Origin: Lama guanicoe
Lineage: Eukaryota
Direction of reading: 5' to 3'
NCBI GenBank assembly: GCA_013239625.1
Contig: MU054391.1
Location: forward strand, 7,349,095 to 7,413,094
DNA: 64,000 bases
In this document: positions 1 through 11,294 of the stretch, in pieces
How positions within the stretch are numbered: the first letter of the stretch is position 1
Layout: each line of letters starts with the position of its first letter
Notes under the pieces: generated by a model
Databases searched by the model: none
What the model was told of the DNA's origin: nothing
Seen by the model: the letters and a program-made list of their open reading frames with translations, nothing else
Translations under genes and position numbers: made by a program

Positions 1-83
1 GAATGAGTGAGCCAGCCCCTGGGATGTGGCCATGTTACTCCATCAATAAAACACTGAAACAGACCTTGGCAGGGTTTCAGGGT

Positions 84-282
84 TCACATCTGGGAAGAAA
101 GGTATGATTCATCACTATTTTGTCCATGTTCACAAGTGTAGGTCAGGCCTTCCTTCAGAGCCAGATTGGACTGATTTACTTTGCCATTTCCTCTTCTATG
201 GGCCCTTGTAATGGCGTTTCCAGTTTCCCCTTGGGCAGAGGTGTAGGGAAAGCAACCTGTCTGTCTGTCTGTCTGTCTGTCA

Positions 283-323
<41 letters not shown>

Positions 324-740
324 AGTCAAATTTCTGATTCTGATCTGTGGCCAGTGAAGTGGGTTTTATATAATGTCTCAACCCTTAGGAACAAAGTCTG
401 ATGGATCCTTAGGCTACTCCAGGTATTTGGGGTAAAGGGGCTCTTGGAATTTTTCTGTGAGTCCTTTAGGATTGGGCTCAGGGACGGCTACCCAATGTCT
501 AATTAAGCCATTAAACCAGGAGCAACCTGTTCGCCCTGGAGAAGCTCATCAGAGGCACACGGTAGCTGGTCCATGCTCATTGTCTGGGAGCACAGCCTTC
601 CTCTCTCTCCCTTCTCCCTGAGCCACCTGACTTCTCAGATGAGCCCCTGTGGCTGGCCTGCTGAACTCTGCCCTGTGAAGTAGTCTGAGCAGAGCCCCAG
701 ACTCAGTTTATCCTTATCACAACTCTGGGAGCCATCACTT
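84..740 (-). mobile_element. Highly degenerate endogenous retrovirus pol (integrase) remnant, class I-like
   Basis: Manual minus-strand translation gives integrase-like motifs in the correct order across frameshifts: DKL...L..YF.G (about 715-672), HWVAVP (about 497-480), THFTG (364-350), NWKRH (225-211), GNGKVNQSNLALKEGLTYTC (191-132). Confidence 0.5.
257..323 (+). repeat. Compound microsatellite (CTGT)n(CTAT)n
   Basis: Directly visible tetranucleotide runs. Confidence 0.97.
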
Positions 741-769
741 TGCCCAGGACCCTCTCTGTGTAGGGAGAC

Positions 770-1165
770 AGTGGAGCATGCAGTGGAGAGCATCACTTCC
801 GGGATCAGACAGCCTGGACCTGAGCCTGTGTCAGTTCAGGACAGAGTGTGGGATTTGATGATGCCAAGACCAGCCTTTGGGTCCGTTTCTGTAAATGTGG
901 TGCGTGCAAACCGCAGGGCACATGGGGGATTACTTTCTGCTCCTGCCTGCCTGTCCCTAAGCTACATTCCTTAACTTCTCTGTACCTTGGTTTCTTTATT
1001 AACAAAATAAGGATTCTGGTACTTAACCCAGGGCCATAATACATACCATTTACAACACCAGGGATGTAGTGGGAGTTAACTGAGATTACAGATGTGAAGC
1101 ACCCTGTATAGTACTTGTCTCAGAGTAAGGACTCAGTAAATGTTGGCTATTTTTATTCTATTATA
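770..1165 (+). mobile_element. MIR SINE (fragmented)
   Basis: MIR core 'ttccttaacttctctgtaccttggtttc' and 3' end 'ggactcagtaaatgttggctatt'. Confidence 0.75.
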
Positions 1166-2514
1166 TAGGGAGTTGCAGGGCCTCTTCTGGAGTATCAAAG
1201 GGGTGGTCGGCTTAATCCCAGAGCCCCCAGGGCTTGCAAAAGAGAAGGAGGGTCCAGATCAGGTGGGTTGGATGCTGCAGGATGAGGTTGGGAGAGGATG
1301 TCACCTGCACGTTTGGATCAGAGGCAGCTGAGCTCTAAACCCTGGGTTGGGACCAAGCCAGATCCTGGGTTTGGGAAGGGTTTGGACTTGGGAGCAGGGC
1401 AGTGGGGCTGGGGAGTCAAAACTGAGGTACAGGCCTGGATCTGGGAAGGCTACCAGGGTTCAGCAGCAAATATCTCCAGCACCTTTGGAAGACCAGGTAC
1501 TGTATGAACACAGGGCACAGGGGAAAACGAGACACAGTCTCTGTCCGGGGGTGGGGGGGATTATAGCTCAGGTTTTTGGCAAAAGGAGTCAGCCTTAGCC
1601 TGACTATTTAAGAAATACAAATCCCTAGTAATGCTTCTAATTAAACAATCATTTTATATTTTTCTCATTAAAAATAGTAAGCACAAAGCATTTTACAACC
1701 ACGCACAGAAAGATACATACAAATCTATCACTATGATGAGAAGTAAAGGAGATTCGACTCGAAAGATCAAGGCTTAACAATGTTGCTGTCCGTGTAAACT
1801 CAGGCATCAGTTTCCTCATCTACTTAATCATAAAATCATTTTGTGAGGTCGTTTTGAACATTGCATGAGGCAGAGAAAGACGGCACATTGTGCCGTCCAT
1901 GCTAACTGTCCTCATATTTTAAAATTTACTTCCCCTTCTGAGGAATAAATAATACATGTTTTTAACCTCTACCCGCTGCTTTCCTTTTTAAAGTTTCTGG
2001 GTAGATCCTGCCATCTGCTCCTCTCTCATTTCAATGATTATAAGATAACTTGAGAAGCTAAAAGGCCTGTAATTTCCCTAAATCAGAATTTTCTTGGGAG
2101 TCCTTTGCCCTGTGAGCTGGGCATTTCAGAAGATCTTCCAGAAATTGCTTCGATTTTCTGCAGTTGTCATTTGGATTCCTGGATCTTACCCGTCCCTCCT
2201 TTTTAGAACCTCAGGGTAAGAGAGCTCGCTGTGGCTGAGTCCCATGTGGTCTCTCATACACATTGATGAAACTGACCAGAAGCTGCCAGAGGAAAGCGTA
2301 ATACAGGCTCAAGAACAAAGTCTGTTGCAATAGGAACTGAGTCAAACTGAGTCTTGGCCCTTTGCTTCAGGAGCTCTTCTGCCTTCCGCCCGAGAAGCCC
2401 CCGCTCTTTACGCCAGCAGCACAGGTCTCTCTGGCCGTCACTCTCCGCCTAGCGCGTTCTGATGATGCCCTGACTAGTCATTCAAGTGTCAGCCAGTCAT
2501 GCGTCTACACTGTG

Positions 2515-3040
2515 GCAGGCCAGCTTTTGTGGGGCTTGAGGCTTTTACATTTTGGCTGAATATGCGTTCGTTTGCTCAGTCTGCCAAAACAAAGCACCAA
2601 AGACAGAAATTTATCCTCTCATAGTTCTGGAAGCTGGAAGTTTGAGATCGAAGTGTCAGCAGGGTTGGTTTCTTCTGAGGGCTCTCTCCTTGTCCTGCAC
2701 ACAGCTGTCTTTTTCCTGTTTCTTCACGTTGTCTTCTCTCTGTGTGTGTCCATGTTCCAATTTCCTCTTCTTACAGGGACCCCAGTCCCGTTGGATTAGG
2801 GCCCACCTTAATGATCCCATTTTAACTTAATTGCCTCTTCACCTTATCTCCAAATACAGCCACATTCTGAGGTCCTGGAGGGCTGGGCTTCAATATAAAT
2901 TTGTGGGACACAGTTCAGCCCATCACAGGACACAAAGTTATGAACATAAAATGAGGTTCAAGGCTTTGGAAGGGGCCTGTGCAAATGGGGGATCCTGACA
3001 TTTAAGCTTCAGTAGCTGCATGTTAAGTTGGCAGCTGCCC
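2515..3040. mobile_element. hAT MITE (MER96B-like) split by the MLT1A LTR
   Basis: Left piece 'cagcttttgtggggcttgaggcttttacattt' and right piece 'ggctttggaaggggcctgtgcaaatgggggatcctgacatttaagcttcagtagc' join into one remembered consensus. Confidence 0.6.
2563..2927 (-). mobile_element. MaLR solo LTR, MLT1A/A0-like
   Basis: TG...CA ends; diagnostic 'gttctggaagctggaagtttgagatc', 'ggattagggcccacc' and 'tctccaaatacagccacattctgagg'. Confidence 0.9.
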
Positions 3041-3479
3041 TGGAGCTGTCACCGTGCTAGCACCGGCGGGGAGAGGAAGCAGACAGCCCCTGCTCAGAGT
3101 GCACTGGTGGAGGGGCTGGAGCAGCTGGTTCCCAAATGAGTGTTACATGTGGAGTAAGTAAGTGTCATAATGAGGGTGAGGAAGGGGAGGGGTGCTGAGA
3201 TACTGCGCCCTATTCTCATGCCCATCTTTAGGGTGTGAGTGGAAGATGACTGGGAGGGCAGCTTGGTTTCCTGAAAGAATAAATCCATCCAGACAACACA
3301 GCAGAACAGCAAATACACCAAAACACCCGTGAGCTTGCAGTCAGAGTGTCCCCCACGGGATACGTGCCTTTCATTCTGGACTCTACCACTTCCTACCCTA
3401 GTCATACAACAATCAGCGCCTTCCAGAGTCAACATGGACAGTAGCGGGCCCACCCTCACGTCCACACCCGCTCATGCTC

Positions 3480-3760
3480 TGGGGCGGGCGTTAGTTGTCA
3501 CCTGCACCCCGGAGGAAGCCCACGGTCAGCGGGGGAAAGTGACTTGCCCGAAATCCCCAGGGATCAAGAGCCAAGGACCTCATCTTCCAGCCGAGTTAGT
3601 TAGTTAGTTAGTTAGTTAGTTTGTTTATTTATTTATTTATTTATTTAAATTGACATAGAATCAGTTACAATGTTAATTTCTGGTGTGCAACATCATGTTT
3701 CAGCCATACATATACATACAGATGTTTAGCTCTTTTGATTACATCAAAGCCATTTCTCTC
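3480..3760 (-). mobile_element. MIR interrupted by a short young L1 3' end (about 3595-3727) with a (GTTA)n/(TTTA)n tail
   Basis: MIR 'aagtgacttgcccgaaatc'; L1 3' end 'cagttacaatgttaatttctggtgtgcaacatc' similar to copies at 15.0, 44.3 and 54.2 kb. Confidence 0.8.
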
Positions 3761-5134
3761 TGTGCGCCGGGGCAACGTCTTTAAAAAATAAATATTCATG
3801 CTAATGGGCCTTTCATGACAAGGCAACAGACACCAAAGCCTTCAGGCCTGGGATACAAGCCATAAAATGGACCTGGATGAGAAGAGAGCCATCGGTTGCA
3901 GGGGAGCTGGAAGCGATCAGAGGTCTGACCCGCCAGGCTTGAATCTTTGGAAATCTTCACTTACCATTGGTGTTTACTCTGCCTAATGTCAGAGAGGCCA
4001 GGAGTGTGGAGCCTCATCAGATAGTCGAACATTTTAGCAAATTGGGTGAGTCTGGCCTGGGAAACCAACTAACAGAAGAGTAGGGCACTTAGAGGAAAGC
4101 CAAAATGGGGAGATGGGGCAGGATTTGCTTCATGTCAGCTTGATTCATGTTAACTATACTTTGCAGTAATTACTCTAATTAGTGGTTTTGAGCATGATGA
4201 AAGAAAATAATTATAAGTATTTGTAGCTGGTCAGTGGGTTACAGATTGGACAACCGAGGAAAGTAGACAACGAGGCATAGTTTAGTGAATTTACTCCATG
4301 CTGTAATTAAGATTCGCTGTGCTCTTCCTTACATTTATTTGGCAGTGGTCCAGCATCTGGGATGAACTCAGGAGCCACATGAGAGTAGTTTCAAAGGCAG
4401 GGTCTCTGGAAGATGGATCTGTGTGTCCTGGCATCTCTGACAAGAGCCAGCCACACAGTAGGGGCTCCACAGCATGCGCCGGTTAAGGGAAGGAATGACA
4501 GACAGACCCACCATATTGTGTCAAGAAAGCATGGGCACCTCGTTCCCTATGGGAAGCCCACCTCGAGGGCTGAGCAGGCAAAGGAGAATGAAAGGAAAGT
4601 CTGAAACATTATCGTGCCCTTGGGGTGAGAGTGACCTGGTCATTCCTCTTCATGAGTCAAGATAGGCTTCCAGCTGATGTCCCCAAGTAGCACCATTTGC
4701 TGGAAGTGCCCTGCCTGTTCCCACCTGTTACTTGGATGGCTGCACTTCCTCCCCTGGACAACGGGGTGATGCATGTTTGCTGTCCAGCCCTGGGCAGGAG
4801 CACAGGAGGTCCTCAGTCAGTATCCGTTGTTGCTCCCAGCCTTCCCACCCCATCCTGCCAGAGCTCCTAGCTGTCCCCTTTGGGCTCCGCTGGTCCAGGT
4901 CCAGCTCAAGGCTGCTCTGACCCTGAGGCTTCCCCAGGTCTCTCCAGCAAGCACCCGTCTCTCTCCTGCACAGCTCAGTTCTCATTTCTTCACAGTCTGG
5001 CAGCCCTGGCTCTAGTTTGATGCCCGTAACCTGTTTCTCTGAGCACTCCCGTGGGAGACCAGGGGTCACATCATCTGCTTATTTTCCCTCTGTTTCTCTT
5101 TCACCTGAGCCTCAGAGGAGGATGACTGCTGATG

Positions 5135-5345
5135 AGATCCAATTAGACAGTCCTGATTTGGCCACTTGCTAGCTGTGTGGTTTTGAGTTGCTCACTTTGT
5201 TTCCTGAGCCACAGTTTCCTTGTCTGCAGAAAACGGGACAGTAATGTCGACCTTGTAGGGTTATGGTGATGAGAAATAGCATTTTTTTAAGTGCCCGTTA
5301 CAGGCTTTAGCACATAAAGAGGCTCCACAAATAGTCGATGATGAT
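5135..5345 (+). mobile_element. MIR SINE
   Basis: 'gccacttgctagctgtgtgg...ctgagccacagtttccttgtctg...ccttgtagggttatggtg'. Confidence 0.85.
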
Positions 5346-5780
5346 GAGATGATGGGATGATATATAACAGTAGCAATAGCTGATGCTTCTTGAGCTCCTA
5401 TTGTGTCCAGGACTTTCAGATAACGTTTCTTATCTAATATGTCTTCATTTGGATGAGTTCAGCTATGGAGAATTCTGGACCCCAGCAATGATCTGATGAG
5501 AAGGATGAGGGAACACGACGAAAAACAAATCCTATTTGAGCGCTTCCTGGGTGTCAGCTATTTTACAGACGTGTACAAGTCAATCACTGAAGCCATGAAA
5601 TGAGTGATAATGAATGGTTTGCCCAAGATCGCAACTATAGGGGGGCGCGGAGCCAGGATGCTCCGACCTCAAGTCCACCCCAGGACGAGTGGAGCTGGAA
5701 GGACGTGGCGGGCTTTGGTGTCTGTCCCTGAAGGGCAGGGTCGGCAGGACAGACTGAGGGGTGGGGTAGAGGACTTTAAA

Positions 5781-5846
5781 AGAGAGAGAGAAAGAGAGAG
5801 AGAGAGAGGGATGGATGGAGGGAGGGAGGGAGGGAGGGAGGGAGAG
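5781..5846 (+). repeat. Polypurine (AG)n/(GGAT)/(GGGA)n tract
   Basis: Directly visible; (GGGA)n run is G-quadruplex/triplex-compatible. Confidence 0.95.
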
Positions 5847-5849
5847 TCA

Positions 5850-6400
5850 CTAGGAGAGAGAAAACAAGCAGGACAGAAAGGAGACAGAAAAGAGGAATCT
5901 GTCTTCCCTTCGCATGCACGAAAAGACGAGCACCCTGGGGGTTTCCTTTCCACTGCTCCCGGCTCGGCTCGGCTTGTCTGCCAGCCTGGCTGGCAGAAGA
6001 TGTGGGAGTGGGCCCAGTGCGACCAAACAAAACAAGTTCCTTTTCCTTTGGACTGTCATGAAAGCCCGGACGGGTGTGCTCTGCATGGACAAAGTCTGTT
6101 TTCAGCTGAGATCTTCAATCAGCGTTTCGTACAAATTGAGAAGCAGCCTCCAGCCTCCTGCCAAGCTTATTCGATCTTTGGCCAGGAGTGAATTTGAGGG
6201 CTGGAGGGAACTTGGAAAATGTTACTCCAAGGCTGGCTTGACATACAACGTCGGCAGCTCCGATCTTAGCCGGGGACTCTTTGGGGTTGGTGGACCCGCT
6301 TTCTCTGGGGAGAGGCTCTTCCCAGATCCGTCATCAGCGTCCCTCACAGCTGAGCCCAGAGAAAGCCCTGGAGCATCACAGTCTGCTGCCAGTCAGCGGC
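5850..6400. promoter_or_regulatory. Candidate enhancer or promoter (unique, CpG-enriched)
   Basis: No recognisable repeat; kB-consensus GGGGGTTTCC at 5937-5946; perfect 10-bp inverted repeat at 5977-5997; CAGCTG E-boxes. Confidence 0.35.
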
Positions 6401-7899
6401 CAGATGCCTCTTCCTGGTATTCATTCAGGCATTTGATGGACATTTATAAAGCACCTACTGTGTTCCAGGGCCTGTGCTAAAGACTAAAGATTCAAGTACA
6501 GTGTCAGTAATAGTAATGACACTCTTACCGTTTCTTGAGTACCCGGTGTGTGCCAGGCACGTACAGACAGCAGGAGTATGAAGTGGGGAACAACCACAGT
6601 GCTGGTGGCTCTCACCAGGGCTTTAGTTCTGTTTTAGGTGGGGCACTCATACTTCTGCTCCTAGGTTTATACCTCACGTAACTTGGAGACGATGACCTCC
6701 CATTCAGGAATTGGATATACGGTGTATCTCTCAAGACCTTTATTTGCCGGCCACTTTTCCAGGAAAAAAAAATCATTAAAAATAAATATTTATTTCAAGT
6801 GATAAGCATTCCTCAACTCCTGTAAATCTACCATTTCTCTTCTGGGGCATCATTTAGCTGAGAGCTCTTTGAACGAGAGTCCGGGCTTCCTGTGCCAATC
6901 CTGGCCCTGACCATGTGTCCACGGGGCAGACGCAGATGGTTTTCCGGTCAGGTGTAACTGCTCTGGGTTTTCTCAACAAAGTCTGGCAGACAGTCCTGTC
7001 TCCCTCAATGCATAGCACATCTTGTAAAGAAACCATGCATATTGCATGAACCTCCAAATGTAGAAACAGATACTCACAAAATACAAGTCTCAAAATAAAA
7101 CCGAAACATTTCAAAACAACAGCAGTTGCAATGCCACCAAAGGATTCATTTCATTTTTTTTTCCCCATCAAGATCATGAAAATAAAAAAATCCCACCATC
7201 CCCATGAAGAACCTGAAAATCCCAGCAGCCATGGTGAGGGGTTGAAATGGGTCCTTGTTACAGATGTGGAAAAAGCAATAGATGGACAGACTCGGGGAGC
7301 ACTTTAGCTGAGCATAAGGTCTTTTCCTGAACTGGAAGTCAGCCAAGACTGATAGCAGAACTGAATAGCTGTTTTTCAGAATAGAGTTGGAGGACCTCCC
7401 TCTGAATGATCTGAGGTCTCCGTGCCTGGGTTTGGTCATTTTCACACTTGCCTCTGCTGTGGCCCCGGCAGGTGTGTGCAGATTTTTCGCACCTTGTTCG
7501 TCCCAGGTGCCTGCCCAGTGCCCAAGCCCCGGGCCCCAGGATCATCGCTGGGGTACCTCTCCCGGCCGCCGCCCTGAGGTTGTTCTAATTCCACTCCTGC
7601 TCTCCCACTTTAGAACACATATTAGTATGCGACTGAGAGTGACATTATGTTCAGGATAACCTTTAATATGCTCTAATTTATGAAAAGAGTAACATTTTAA
7701 AACTTGGTTCTTTAACTATTATTAGTGCCGTGGACATCTGCTGAATTTGGATTTCTGGCATCCCTTCCCTCTTCTTATGGAAGAGACTGTCTCTTTTCTT
7801 TTGGGGGAATTGACCTTCCTTTCTTCTTTCCTTGGGGTTGGAGGACTGGTGATCACAGTGGGAATGAAAGGCAAAGAGTGATCTGAGAAATATGGGGTT

Positions 7900-8400
7900 G
7901 GAATATAAGCGGGACCTGGTAACTGGGCATGAGGGGTGGGGACAGGGCACGGAGTCCTCAGTGACTTCCAGTTTCTGGCTTGGGTGACTGTCAGGGGGTG
8001 GGGTCACTACTAATGGAGCCAGAGAAAACAGGATGAGAAGTGGGTCATGGCTGGGACGTCAAGTCTGAGGCGTCTTTGGATCGTCTCGGGGAGAAGTTGG
8101 CTGTAGGCAGTGAGCATCTCCCCGGGCTCCATGCACCTCCCACCTGGGGGCACCTACCTGTGAGGTCACACCTAATGCCCCAGGGAGCACCGATCACTGC
8201 TCCTTTCCATGTTTTCTGCATCGCATGCAGACCTTGGCAGAGTTTCCGGCACACTGTAACTCATTGATCTCTTTGCTACCCTTCTTCTCCCCTAGACCCT
8301 GGGCTCACTGAGGGTGAGATGGTGTGTGACTTGTCTCTGCGATCCCAGCATGCAGTACAGGATGTCCCAATACAGTGCCGGCTCTCAGGGGGATGCCTGC
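7900..8400. mobile_element. L2 fragments (both orientations)
   Basis: 'gtgacttccagtttctggcttgggtgactg' and 'ccctagaccctgggctcactgagggtgag'. Confidence 0.6.
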
Positions 8401-8854
8401 ACCGTGTCACACGAGAGGGGACATGCTGACTTTCCAGTGACTAGACAACCAGGTTGAGGAGTTTCCTGGTGAGGGTCTGGATTTGCAATAGGCCATCCTC
8501 ACACTCCCCTCCATGCCCCGTCTCCGCCTCCTTCGCAGCCCCCAGTTATGCTGCTTCTGCAGCCTGTGGTCACAAAGCTGAGCAAAGCCACCCAGCTTCT
8601 GTTCTAGAGGCCCTGACACCTGGCTTTCTGGTCACAGGGCTGCAACTAGTGACGTCAACACCCACAGGACATGGGTGGGGCCTGTTGTCCCTCACCTTGG
8701 TCACTCTGGTCTGCTGGCGACAACAAAAGCCACATTTGATCTCGTTTTGCTCCAGTACAAGAAGCCAGAAAATGTACTATGTGGGCATCTGGCACTCAGT
8801 GTTCTGGTTGGTGGAGGGTTTCCTGTGTCTCAGGTAATTAATACTCATTATCTG

Positions 8855-9010
8855 GAATTCCCATAATAGTTAGGCAAAGTAAGTACCAGATCCTCTTTTG
8901 ACACATATGGAAACAGATAAACAAGGTTAAGTAACTTGCTCAAGGTCACACAACTAGGAGGTGGCAGGGCCACTGCCTCAGGCAACGTGACTCTGGCTCC
9001 AGGCTGGCTC
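8855..9010 (-). mobile_element. MIR SINE
   Basis: 'ggttaagtaacttgctcaaggtcacacaactag'. Confidence 0.85.
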
Positions 9011-9530
9011 CTCCCAGCTCATGTCCTCCACAGCTGGGGGCCACCAACATTAATGATGTACCTGAACATGTGTCATTCTCTCTGCCTGGGAGCTTCTGCT
9101 GTTTTGCATCAGGTCACTTTCCTCTGTGGGAAGCTTAGTTTTCTCTCTTATTCCTTAAAATGTACCCTTGTTTCCTTCTAATCCAAAGACAGGTGCTCCT
9201 TCTAGCATCTGGTCTACTTGTCCAGGGGTTCTCACCTGGTCCTTTCACTACGGGGGGCTGCGGTGCTGTACCATGGGCAAGGGCTTCAGGATGGGGGCAG
9301 CTGGGTTTTCTCTTCATGGCAGACCCTTGCCAGCTGGGTGACTTCAGCAAGTTATACAACCACTGCAAACCTCAATTTCATCTATAAAAAAATGGTGAAA
9401 AAATGGTGCTTTATCTTGATGAATTCTTCTGAGGGTTAAATGAGATGATATAGTCTAATAACACACATGGGTGTTATAGGTTAAATATGGAGATTAATAG
9501 AGATAAAGTGTGAAAAGCAACTAGGAAACT

Positions 9531-9740
9531 ATGTGCCGACTGGGCTAGGCCATGACACCCAGATACATGGTCAAACACTAGTCCAGAAAGTATTTTGCTG
9601 TGAAAGTATTGTTTAGATGAGATTAACATTTCAGTCAGTAGTTCCAGCCTCACAGTCATGTGATAATACGAGCCAATTCCTTAAAACCTCTTCCTCTCTC
9701 CCTCTGTCTGTCACACACACACACACACACACACACCCCT
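9531..9740 (+). mobile_element. ERVL LTR, MLT2-like, internally deleted, ending in (CA)n
   Basis: 'gactgggctaggccatgacacccagatacatggtcaaacac...gagattaacattt' then 'gagccaattcctta' and (CA)n at 9712-9736. Confidence 0.8.
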
Positions 9741-10334
9741 TACATCATTTACTTCAGCAGCTGACAACCATCAACTGTAGAAGAAGAATATGATCTTTCC
9801 CATTCCTGTTTCTGCATAAATTCTGCATTTGAGATTAGGATTGTCATTCAATTATTAGTTTTTCTCTTTTTAAACCAGTTTAAGAGAGTGGGATGAGATG
9901 GGATGAGGGTTACACAGAAGTCACAAGTCCCTTTTCCGTAGCGCTGGGAAAAAACAGATTCAGGAAGTTTGTGAATCGATAACACACTTTGCCCCTTATT
10001 CTAACTCACCTTGATTCTAAATTTCATCTGTCCATTTTTCCTGTCTGCTCATTCACAGGGATGTCTTAGGAATTCTAGAAGCTTCAGGTTGCCATCAGTA
10101 AACAAATAAATCACAACTGTTTATGTCAGTTTGATACTTTGAAATAGAAATTGTATGCTGCGTGTCTCTGTCAGCTTTGACTCCGCAGTCATAGTAATTA
10201 CTCTCTAGGCTCTTTAGAGGTTTTTTTTTTAATGTGATCTATATTTTACCACAATTTTAAAATGCATGGTTTAGTCAGGGAGCAAGCTCTGCCCCACTAC
10301 TATTTCCTAGATGTATTTCTCCTAGATGTATTTT

Positions 10335-10483
10335 TTCCTTCAATTTTTTCCATTGTTTTTAGTGGAGGGAGGTAATTAAGTTTATCTATTTATTTATTAC
10401 TTTTGGTGGAGGTACCGGGGATTGAACCCAGGACCTCGTACATGCTAGGCATGCACTCTACCACTGAGCTATGTCCGCACCCC
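10335..10483 (-). mobile_element. Camelid tRNA-derived SINE (Vic-1-like)
   Basis: Reverse complement has A-box 'tagctcagtggtagag', B-box 'ggttcaatccc' and the 'taattacctccc' tail shared with copies at 13872 and 37618. Confidence 0.9.
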
Positions 10484-11294
10484 AACCTCCCCCATTTTAT
10501 AGTTTTAAATGCATTCCACCATCAGAATCCAAACTAAATAAAAGTGGAGATGAGAGGTGAGAAAACAAAATGTTTAATGTCTTTTGCCACAATGCCTATT
10601 TAATGGTTCTATAATATGCAAAAACCTTTAGCGACAGTACCATTTGCTCAATTGCTAGGAATTGTGAGAGTCAGAGCTGATCTGCTGGAAATGAATTTCT
10701 CTGCTTCTCCTGTTTGCCATTGCTTTTTGGCTCCTTTGGGGGTCGATTCTCAAGCCCACAGATGCTGAAAACCACTCTGGATTTGTAGCCCAAAGCGTAC
10801 CTCCCTCCACACACACACTTCGGCTCCACCACACGTGTTGGTGCAGATGTGAATCATCTTTGCAAACAAACTGAAGATGATTTCAAGAGTCAGTCTAATG
10901 AGCAGTGAATATAGGCTGATTACTGTATTTGCAAAGAACCTTATTTTTTTCCCCAACATTGCATTAAAGATCAGTGCAGTGCTCCCTTGTAGGCTTCCAA
11001 ATGTAAGTAATCAATGTGTTTGTGTAAACATTTAAAGATGTCCACATTCATGTTTATGAATCAATGGACCATCATAATTGCTTTTGTGTGATCTGATAGA
11101 CCCAAACATAAACAGGACCCACCATATCTTAGGAGGCTTCCTCATGGAATGTAGAAAAATGTGATGATTAAAGAAATGTTTATACCACATCAAAAAAATC
11201 TTGTAGGAAGAATTATGGTGGAAGAATTCATGCTTGGATACATTCAGTTGTATATTTTTCTTTATTTGCAACTTTCTTTGTGTGATTTAGTTTG

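Noticed and set aside
1547..1572. 'ggggggattatagctcagg' resembling a SINE head
   Set aside because: Only about 15 bp of similarity, with no B box or tail.
5604..6480. Longest non-L1 ORFs (195 aa and 188 aa)
   Set aside because: They run through MIR, (AG)n/(GGGA)n and L2 sequence, resemble no protein I recognise, and lack convincing splice signals.
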